NCBI GenBank assembly: GCA_025993875.1
Contig: JAMQHH010000009.1
Location: 1 to 53,939 of the forward strand
Source: Candidatus Dojkabacteria bacterium
GTDB taxonomy: Bacteria; Patescibacteriota; Dojkabacteria; J137
DNA: 53,939 nucleotides
Direction of reading: 5' to 3'
Every line of letters starts with the position of its first letter. The stretch's first letter is position 1. Of this stretch, positions 1-8,500 are shown piece by piece. Made by a program: the position numbers and the translations under genes. A model generated the notes under the pieces. It had not been told where the DNA came from, made no database searches, and saw only the letters and a program-made list of their open reading frames with translations.

Positions 1-1841
1 TTAATAATTGTAAGTGTTCTAAGCCCTAAAAAATCAAACTTCATAAAATCGAGCTTATCGATATATGTGCCGTCCATTTGGGTAATAATTTTTTCGGGAT
101 CTTTAGAATCTCTTTGTAGAGCCATATAATTGGTTATAGGCTCCGGTGTTATCAGGTAGCCTGCGGCGTGAGTCGAGATATGTCTTTTCATCCCGTCAAT
201 TTTTCTTACTACCTCTCCAAGTTTTTGTAATTCCGGCGAAGAATTAAGAAGTGTTTTAAATTCCTCCGAAGTTTCGAGCATTTTATCGATTGTAAAAGGT
301 TTTCCAAACAAAACAGTAACCATTTTTGATAATCGGTCTGCTGTTTTTAAATCTATGCCCATTACCCTTGCAACATCTCTAATAGCTGCTTTCGTTTTAA
401 GCTGTCCAAATGTACAAATTGCAGCAACTGAATCTTCCCCATATTTTTCTTTTGCATATTTTACAATTTCGTCCCTTCGATCGTCTTGGATATCCATATC
501 AATATCAGGAGGGGACGGTCTTTCGAGATTTAAAAATCTTTCGAAATAAAGTTCCCATTTAATAGGCTCGGCATTGGTAATATCGAGAGCATAAGATACA
601 ACAGAACCCGCTGCAGAACCCCTGGCTCCAACTAGAATACCGTTTCGTCTTCCGTATTGCATTAGGTCTCCTACCACCAAAAAGTAATCGTTGTAGCCTT
701 TTTTATCGATCACCATCAGTTCAAATTCAATTCTATCTACCAACTCTTTATCAAAAATTTTGGGAAGAATTGTAAAATCTGCCTTCTGTATTTTTTTTAT
801 TACAGAATCAATAGAGTATTGCGAAGTATTAACTTTGTACTTATCCAAAGCACCTATGTATGTCAACTTTTTTAGTTCTTCCTTAGCAGAACTTTCTTTG
901 GGGGTATTCCAAAAATGAGGCTGAACCCTTTCGCCTTTTAGAGAAAAATGTTCAATCTGTTCCGAAATTTTTAGAGTATTTTCAAGTGCCTCAGGAACGT
1001 CCGAAAATTTTGCTTTTATCTCATCTGGGGTAAGAATATACGTGCCTTCGTACCCTTTACGGATACCATCCTGATTTAAAAGTGTTCCATCTTTAATGCA
1101 AAATAGAATAGATTGGATATCTTTATCCTCTTTCTTAAGATAATGAGCATCTGTTGTTGCTACCAGTGGTAAATTAAATCTTTCGGCGTATTCTCTTAAT
1201 TTTATATTTACTTTAGCTTGAGCAAGTTGATTATCAATCGATTCCATATCTTCCTCTAGCTCCAGATTTAGGGAATCGTTATTCTGCTTAACATTATCAC
1301 TTCCATCAAACCCGTGTCTTTGCAGTTCCAGGTAAAAATTACCCGGGAATGCAGAACTTAAAAAATTAAGCCAGGAGATTGCTTTATCTTCCTCATTTTT
1401 TAAAATATGCCTCGACAAAGGTCCTGCAAGGCAGGCAGAGGTGCAAATAATTCCTTCGGAATATTTCGATAAAGTTTCTTTATCTATTCGGGGTTTATAA
1501 TACATTCCCTCGAGCTGTCCAATGCTAACCATCCTAACAAGATTTTTGTATCCGGTAAGGTTTTTAGCAAGAAGTAAAAGATGATAGTACTTTATTCCTT
1601 CAACAACTGAACGCAATGTTCTTTCTTTGGGTGCTAAATATACTTCGCACCCAATTATGGGATCTATTCCAAAGTCTTTTGATAATTTCCAAAATTCCGC
1701 TACCCCATACATTACTCCATGGTCGGTAATAGCAACAGAAGACATTCCAAGCTCTTTTACCCTTTCAAAAAGCTTTGGTATTCTATTTACTCCATCCAGC
1801 AAGGAATATTCGGTATGTACGTGTAAGTGTGTAAAACTCAT
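1..1841 (-). CDS. dnaE: DNA polymerase III alpha subunit, N-terminal part (runs off window edge; absent from ORF track)
   Basis: Manual translation from ATG at 1841 gives MSFTHLHVHTEYSLLDG (PHP domain), ATTDAHY, GARGSAAGSVVSYALDIT, FERFLNLERPSPPDIDMD and KFDFLGLRTL, all DnaE signatures. Confidence 0.96.
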   Translation of the reverse strand, partial: MSFTHLHVHTEYSLLDGVNRIPKLFERVKELGMSSVAITDHGVMYGVAEFWKLSKDFGIDPIIGCEVYLAPKERTLRSVVEGIKYYHLLLLAKNLTGYKNLVRMVSIGQLEGMYYKPRIDKETLSKYSEGIICTSACLAGPLSRHILKNEEDKAISWLNFLSSAFPGNFYLELQRHGFDGSDNVKQNNDSLNLELEEDMESIDNQLAQAKVNIKLREYAERFNLPLVATTDAHYLKKEDKDIQSILFCIKDGTLLNQDGIRKGYEGTYILTPDEIKAKFSDVPEALENTLKISEQIEHFSLKGERVQPHFWNTPKESSAKEELKKLTYIGALDKYKVNTSQYSIDSVIKKIQKADFTILPKIFDKELVDRIEFELMVIDKKGYNDYFLVVGDLMQYGRRNGILVGARGSAAGSVVSYALDITNAEPIKWELYFERFLNLERPSPPDIDMDIQDDRRDEIVKYAKEKYGEDSVAAICTFGQLKTKAAIRDVARVMGIDLKTADRLSKMVTVLFGKPFTIDKMLETSEEFKTLLNSSPELQKLGEVVRKIDGMKRHISTHAAGYLITPEPITNYMALQRDSKDPEKIITQMDGTYIDKLDFMKFDFLGLRTLTII

Positions 1842-1899
1842 TAACAAATTTTAGCAGAGAGAAGTAATTGAGAGCAAAATTTTTTGCTAAAAACTTTTC

Positions 1900-2634
1900 C
1901 TATTTATCACAAAGAATTGTTCTAACTGTTTCGCAAATGTTTTTTAAGCCCGTAAGAATTACATCGTATTTCATCCTGTTTGGACCAACAACTGCAATAT
2001 ACCCTTCAAAATTGCCGTTAATTCTAATCTCCGAAAAAACCACTGAATACTCGTTAAAATTGTCCATGCCGGCTTCTTCGCCAATTATAATGTTTAAATC
2101 GTTATCTGGAAGACCTTTATTTAAAAGTTCAGACATACTTTTATAGTCCTCTAAAATTCTTAAAATCTTTTGTAAAGACTCCGAATCTTTAAATTCGGGG
2201 ATATTTACCATTTCCGAAAGTCCAGAGTAATAAATATTATCTCTTAAAACAGCTATTGTGGCATTTCCGGCAATTTTACTTAAAAGATTTATCGCCTGCC
2301 TTATTAACATAGGCTTATCTTCCTTTAATTTATATAATACCGACTTAATGTTATTGTCGGGCATTATTGTAGTTTCATCATTATGTATTTTTTTTAAAAT
2401 ATCTTCTACAAAATATCTCCATCCTTTTGTTGTTGGAATTCTTCCTCCACTATTATGTTTTTGGTATAGATATCCCCCATACACCAAATCGGCCATTTCG
2501 TTTCGAATTGTAGCAGGGCTGATATCGAAATGGTATTTTGATTGAAGGCTAATAGAGCCTACAGCCTCGGCAGTCCCAATAAACTCCGAAATTATTAATA
2601 GTAGCAGTTTTTTTTGTCGATCAGTAATCTCCAT
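1900..2634 (-). CDS. hrcA: Heat-inducible transcription repressor HrcA
   Basis: N-terminal wHTH with SPATIRNEMADL, HNSGGRIPTTKGWRYFV, and C-terminal IAVVGPNRMKY. Confidence 0.92.
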   Translation of the reverse strand: MEITDRQKKLLLLIISEFIGTAEAVGSISLQSKYHFDISPATIRNEMADLVYGGYLYQKHNSGGRIPTTKGWRYFVEDILKKIHNDETTIMPDNNIKSVLYKLKEDKPMLIRQAINLLSKIAGNATIAVLRDNIYYSGLSEMVNIPEFKDSESLQKILRILEDYKSMSELLNKGLPDNDLNIIIGEEAGMDNFNEYSVVFSEIRINGNFEGYIAVVGPNRMKYDVILTGLKNICETVRTILCDK

Positions 2635-3042
2635 AAAATTTTCCCTTTTACGAATTTTACCAAAAAATATGCAAAACAGGTGAGTTTATATAACTTGAAT
2701 AACTCTTGTTAAGCTGAACAAAATTATTAATATTTTAACAATCCACGGTATGGATATAATCCAGAGGAAATAAATGCAGTTATCTTACGAAGTTGTTATA
2801 CTCTACAGGGAAACCCCAGGGGATCCGGCTTGATGAAAGAAGTCAAGAACGCACTTCCCAATGCGGTGTTGTTAGGCTCACAGAAAACAATGCCCAATTC
2901 TAGCGGTGATTATTCCGTTTTTCCGTTACCCGCAATTCCATATGGTTTAGGGTCGTTGGATGAGTTTACCAGATATATTATGAGGCCAGAAAGTTGAACT
3001 GAAAGAAAATGTTAGATCAAAACATTAACAAATATATAGACT

Positions 3043-3093
3043 TTAAACAACAATATTTAAAATTTTCCCCTTAACGTAAATTATCTTTTTTAT
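3043..3093 (-). repeat. Displaced copy of the leuS 3' end (direct repeat of 5529..5579); att-like
   Basis: 47/51 nt identical to 5529..5579. It encodes the same IKKIIYVKGKILNIVV* and all 4 differences are synonymous. Confidence 0.9.
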
Positions 3094-4169
3094 TTTTTTG
3101 TCTTAAATACATCAGCTAAAAGATAACTTGCGGTAGGAATACCATCTTGCAGTCTGTCATTTACAACAAGAATAAAAAATTTGCTTGGTATTCTAGAAAA
3201 CTCATTAACCAAAGCAATTTGACGCTCACCTATTGTACTCATAAGCTGTTCAAACGATAACTCTCTGTTGGCCAGTATTTCATCCCTGGATATTGCTCTA
3301 AGTGCCATATGCATTATAATTGGATGTGGTGGTAAAACGCAGATTACCTTCCCCAAAAAGTTTCTATCTTTTGCTTCCCGACTTTGAATAATTCTTGTAA
3401 CTATTTGAGGGTCTTCAATTACAACTGATATCGGCGATTGGGCTGCCCGATTCACCTCTGTATTTAATATCGTATACCACCCCCTGCCCGGGTTATATGT
3501 TAAATATAGCGCATGTTCTTCTACTCCCTCTACACTTTCAAAAAAAATTGTAATGCCTCTTACTCCACTCTTATCTTTTATTTTTTCTAAAAGTTCTTTC
3601 GAAAACCTATCTCCAACATTTATATTACTAATTCCCAAATTGTTAAGTGTTAATACATGTTCATCAGAAATTTTAGCACTGGTTAATAAATTTTCAATAT
3701 ATTCTTGATCTTTAAAATGATACGATTCTCCTGGGGTATCATCTGCCCGCACGGCTCTCGTTGTGGTACAAACAGCTTTATCTATATGTGTTCCCTCCAG
3801 TAAAGTTATAAGTCCTTTTAGTACTGTGTCCTTTCCAGCGCCACCAGGCCCAGCTACCGAAATCATAACCTTCCCAGAATTCATACTTTCAAGCTCTCTC
3901 TTTGTTTGTTCTAGAGTGGAAGAAGACAAACTATGCATTACGTCTACAACCCCCATACTTTCATTAATTCCCAGTTGAGCTGCAAGCTTATGAATAATAT
4001 CTTCAATTTGAGTTTGCAAACTCAAAATTTTGTTAATCTGAATAGGCTCTCGCATTAACAAAGCATTAAGTGCCTGTGGATATCTTTCTTGTAAATCATT
4101 AACAATCTCCTCCCCAAATGTACTTTGAAGAAGCTCCATATTTTTAGTATTGGGTAATTCAGTACTCAT
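3090..4169 (-). CDS. Divergent guanylate-kinase-like P-loop kinase with N-terminal extension
   Basis: GPGGAGKDT Walker A. TTTRAVRADDTPGESYHF resembles Gmk TTRxPRxGExxGxxYxF, and VLPP...ALRAISR is lid-like. Start placed at ATG 4169 (MSTELP); the ORF track extends to 4211. Confidence 0.65.
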   Translation of the reverse strand: MSTELPNTKNMELLQSTFGEEIVNDLQERYPQALNALLMREPIQINKILSLQTQIEDIIHKLAAQLGINESMGVVDVMHSLSSSTLEQTKRELESMNSGKVMISVAGPGGAGKDTVLKGLITLLEGTHIDKAVCTTTRAVRADDTPGESYHFKDQEYIENLLTSAKISDEHVLTLNNLGISNINVGDRFSKELLEKIKDKSGVRGITIFFESVEGVEEHALYLTYNPGRGWYTILNTEVNRAAQSPISVVIEDPQIVTRIIQSREAKDRNFLGKVICVLPPHPIIMHMALRAISRDEILANRELSFEQLMSTIGERQIALVNEFSRIPSKFFILVVNDRLQDGIPTASYLLADVFKTKK

Positions 4170-4235
4170 AAAAAAATCTTTCTTAAAAATTATTTTCAAA
4201 TTATATTGCATATTTACTATATAGTAAATTGCAGT

Positions 4236-5243
4236 TTATTGTTCTAATATTACAGGCATCATCACTTTTGCTTGTTCCCTTCTTTCTTCAATGGAGGTAT
4301 GAATCGAAGGTGCCTGAGGATCTCTTGCTGTAATTATGCCTGCTGCATCTAGCCCACCGCCATAAGAAACAAGGATAGGCGATATTGTAATTATTAGTTT
4401 ATTATCTCTTACTGTTATATATGTAACATACGAAGGTTGAGGCCTTGGATCATTAATGTTTTCTAGAAAACTTTTTACAATTTCATGGTATGCTTTATGA
4501 TGAGCTCTTAATATACTGTTAACTTCTGGTGCCAACGACTCAAAACCATCTTCAGAATTAAAAGTTACTGATACGTTGTACCCTGTGGGATAATTACTTA
4601 AATTTGGCTCAAAATTGCGCTGGCATTTTGAGTTTATTTTTTTCACAAAATCAAAAGATATATTTTTCCATAATTCTCTCTCAGTTTCTAACTCATCTTG
4701 AGAAAGTTGTTCAGATCTTGCCGGCTGCAAACTTGTACTCGAGAATGCCCCAACTTGAGCGTGAATGAATTTTATAGATCTTGGAACTCTAACCTGCCCA
4801 CTTACCTCTCTACATGTATTTTCAATAATAAAACAAGTATCATTACCAAATTCTTCTGAATTTGTATAAAAAAAATCCATAATCTTTAAGCAACATCTCC
4901 AGTACTCCTCAGAAATATAATCTGGCGCTTCGTGAACAATAGCAGCCAAAGAATCATTCGGATTGCTGTATGCATCAGGATTATCTAATGCAACCATAAA
5001 GTTATAATCTGAATAAGGGGCATCCGATACCATTACGTGTAAAACAAAGTTACCTTCAAGATCTTTAGAGTAAATAGATGCTCTGCGTAAAAACTGTGTA
5101 ATATTTTCTGGCAAATTCCATGCTCTAACAATTTCTTCAATGGAAAGCTTATGTCTTGTTTGCCCTCCTCCATTCACCGCATACCCGTTTTGAATTCTTG
5201 AGTATAAAATCCCAAGTTTTCCAAAAATTGTGTTTTCTGACAT
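4236..5243 (-). CDS. Hypothetical protein, possible GalT/Ap4A-phosphorylase (HIT superfamily)-like nucleotidyltransferase
   Basis: PYSDYNFMV, and SIKFIHAQ at 4755..4778 (HxQ like GalT HxHxQ). C-terminal PSYVTY...GGGLDAAG is reminiscent of the Ap4A phosphorylase second domain. The ORF is clear but the family call is tentative. Confidence 0.4.
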   Translation of the reverse strand: MSENTIFGKLGILYSRIQNGYAVNGGGQTRHKLSIEEIVRAWNLPENITQFLRRASIYSKDLEGNFVLHVMVSDAPYSDYNFMVALDNPDAYSNPNDSLAAIVHEAPDYISEEYWRCCLKIMDFFYTNSEEFGNDTCFIIENTCREVSGQVRVPRSIKFIHAQVGAFSSTSLQPARSEQLSQDELETERELWKNISFDFVKKINSKCQRNFEPNLSNYPTGYNVSVTFNSEDGFESLAPEVNSILRAHHKAYHEIVKSFLENINDPRPQPSYVTYITVRDNKLIITISPILVSYGGGLDAAGIITARDPQAPSIHTSIEERREQAKVMMPVILEQ

Positions 5244-5320
5244 AAATTTTAAATAAAAGTTACCCCAGATTTAATGCTAATCTTTCTGCTTAGTTACTAA
5301 TAACTGGCAGCAGTTACTGT

Positions 5321-5349
5321 ATTGTACTATAAAGTCTTTTGAAAAGCAA
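5321..5349 (-). promoter_or_regulatory. Sigma70-type promoter for the islet genes
   Basis: Minus strand reads TTGCTT-17 nt-TACAAT, followed by a TAACTG-N4-CAGTTA palindrome at 5301..5316. Confidence 0.5.
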
Positions 5350-5528
5350 TTTCATGGTTTTTACTGTGATTTTTGAGTATCAAAAGGAAAAAGAAGAAGT
5401 TTGCAACATTTTAACAAAATAGTAGAAAACTTTATGTAAACATACATATACCTCAATACTTTTCACATCTGATATGGCTGATAGGAAAGGAAGTACACTG
5501 AGCTATTTTTTAAAATCTTATTTCCTCC

Positions 5529-5579
5529 TTAAACAACAATATTTAAAATTTTCCCTTTTACGTATATTATCTTCTTTAT
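5529..5579 (-). repeat. leuS terminal 51 bp, second copy of the direct repeat
   Basis: Matches 3043..3093; the last 27 nt of the gene, including the stop, are identical. Confidence 0.9.
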
Positions 5580-8500
5580 CCCACCATCTAAATACTTTGC
5601 AATGTTTTTTTCCTCTTTGGCCATGGCCATAACTTCCCACTCCAGTGCCTCGGTTGAAACTTCGATAGTTCCCCTAACTTTCCCATTTATCTGAACAGCA
5701 ATTTTTACTGTCTCATCTTTTAAAAGCTCTTCCCTGGCTTCTGGCCAGCTTGATTGGTGAATGGAATAACTGTTGCCTAAAATGCTCCAAAGCTCTTCAG
5801 TAATAAATGGAGCAAAGGGGGCTAAAAGTTTAAGTAATATTTCAAATAGATCTTTTTTAACAAATTCAAATTCACCCAAATAGTTAACAGTTTCCATAAA
5901 TTTAGCAACTGAGGTGTTAAAAGAGAGGTTTTCTATATCACTACTTACTTTTTTAATAAGTTTATGTAAAGCAACCTCTTGCTTTTTTGCTACTTCGAGG
6001 TTTATCATTTCTGTTTTTACCCTGTCCTTTAGCTCCCAGACTTTCTTTAAAAATCTAAAGACACCGTTTTCTGCCCTATTGTTCCAAGGTTTTGCTTCTT
6101 CAAATGGTCCCATAAACATTTCGTACATTCTAAGGGTATCGGCACCAAACGTGTTTACTTCGTCCGTTGGATTTATAACATTTCCCCATCTTTTGCTCAT
6201 TTTTCTGCCGTCCGGCCCTAAAATTAAACCCATATGTCTCATCTTTGTAAAAGGCTCATCGAAATTAATATAGCCCTGGTCGAAAAAAAATTTGGTAAAA
6301 AATCTAGAATACAAAAGATGTAAAACTGTGTGCTCGGTTCCAATAATATACAAGTCCGAAGGAAGCCAAAGATTAGCCTGTGTATTTTGAGCCTCCAAAA
6401 AATTTATCAGCTGGGTGTTTTCTCTTCTTTTATAATGGTTAATCAAACTGTTTAAAGGCGCTATATATGCAATACTGCTATTAAATGGAACTAAAACTCT
6501 TTGTTCCCATATCTTTTTATCCCATTCTACCTCTATAAGTTCAACCTCTAAATCTCCTTTCTTAAATGCTAGAATCTGCCCTCTTTGGTCGTTTTTTAAT
6601 GTTACATATAAATTTTCGCTTTCAGATTCAAAGTTACAGCCAATAGTTTCTAAAATCTTTTTTGCAGTGTCGATAGAATCTTTTGAAATAAAAAAATCAA
6701 TATCTCCAAGCTCTTTGTGCGGAGATCTGTTTAACAAAGAAACGGCTACCGACCCGAAAACAGCATAATCAACTTTTTGTTCGGCAAATTTGCCTACGAG
6801 TGTTTCCAGCACTTGGTAAAGTGATTTGTTACTTTCGGAATTTGTAACTGAAGGCAAAAATTTTGGCAAAGAAAAGATTTCCGATTCGTTTTTATTTTCA
6901 ATGTATCTTAAAAAATACCAGCTGGAATCTACAAAAGTATCCATTGTGTCCGATTCAAAATACCATCCCTTACCGTATTTGGATTCGGCAATTTCTTTAA
7001 AACTTTTACTTGCTTTTATTGGAGATTCCCCGGTAGGCTTAAAATCTACATCTTCGGGCAGTAAAAGCGGCAGGTCCTCTTCTTTTACGGGATGAATGTT
7101 TCCTTCCGGATCGTAAACAATTGGTATCGGAGCTCCCCAATACCTTTGGCGAGAAACAAGCCAGTCCCGTAATTTATATAAAATAGTCTTTTCTCCTAAT
7201 TCGTTTTTTAAAAGCCAATCCTGCATTTCGCTTGTTGCAGTATCAGAACTTTTTTGCGAATAATCAATTTCTGCTTTTGAAAAGATAAATTCCAAAAGTT
7301 CATTCTCGCTCTTTGTTAAGTTAATGTCATTTACCGGTTCTTTTGTCGTTGAATTACTAAATTTATAGATTTCTGCAGAACTTACATACTCAAAAACATT
7401 TTCCCACTTTATATTTAAAGAGTTGAATTCTATAAATAATTCATCTTTTTCTTTGAGATCATAGCCAACAATAAAAAGTGAATTATCAGTTTTTAAAAAA
7501 TCTACACCCTGCCAATAGCCAAACCTGTTATAGCTTATTTTATATTTATCTTGTAACCTTTCTAAATCCGAATCGGCTATAAGCGGCTCTTTAATAACGA
7601 TTACCGATTTAACATAATCAAATCTAAATGGTTTTTTAAATGAATTTACTAAAACTCCTTTGCCTGTAAAGAGATTTTCGGGGAAATTTTCAATTTTAGT
7701 TTTTGTATCAAGCCCTAAATTTTTTGTCAATCTAACGCCTCGCAAAAGTATTTCCTGCCAGTGTTTTGTGCCTTCGGCATTGTAAGATTCTATAATTTCT
7801 TTCGGCGAAAGCCATACAAGTTCAAACCCGACTTCGTGCTCCTCCAAACTCAGCTCTTTTTTTTGTGCTGAATTTAAAACAACAAGCATTCCCTGTGTTT
7901 TTGCAAACCTGTTTATTTTTTTACCAGAATGATAATAGTGTGCATAAACAACCTCACCAAGTTTGTGAATAGATTCGTAGTCCCAAAGCCCTGTTTCTTC
8001 CATTAGCTCTCTTTTTGCAGTTTGGTAATAATCCTCGTTATCGCTTATACCACCAGAAACAAGCCCTACAAATCCGTTTTTATGTTTAATAAATCCATAC
8101 TCTCCATTTTGTTTATTAAACAAAACTAAAGATACACCATCAACAAACTGCTCGTTAGGTTTTGGTTCTCCAAACTCTTTTGCAATAACGGGAAATACAG
8201 GAAGGTTATATTTTACGGCAAATTCGTTGTCCCTTTCATCGTGGGCAGGAACTGCCATAATCGCACCGGTACCATAGGTATTTAAAACATAATCTGCAAC
8301 AAAAATTGGAAGCCTATCCTGGTTAAAAGGGTTAATAGCTTTAACCCCCATTAGCTCTACTCCTGTTTTTTCCTTTTGCATTTGGCGCTCGAGGTCTGTT
8401 TTATTTTTGGCAGCTTTTACGTATTCTCTAACCTCAGAGATATTTCGAATAACATCTTTATACTTCTCTATAACTTGATTTTCCGGCGATACAACTAAAA

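Larger units (their letters stand above)
3043..5579. mobile_element. Putative integrase-less genomic islet inserted in the 3' end of leuS
   Basis: Flanked by the leuS-tail direct repeat and contains two non-housekeeping genes with their own promoter. No integrase is visible. Confidence 0.55.

Noticed and set aside
1851-1878. CIRCE-like TTAGCAGAG-N10-GAGAGCAAA between hrcA and dnaE
   Set aside because: The spacer is 10 rather than 9 nt, there are five mismatches, and it partly reflects the hrcA-proximal AG-rich tract.
6385-8180. LeuRS insertions as inteins
   Set aside because: No N-terminal Cys/Ser block A, no C-terminal His-Asn and no homing endonuclease motifs; they look like stable domains.
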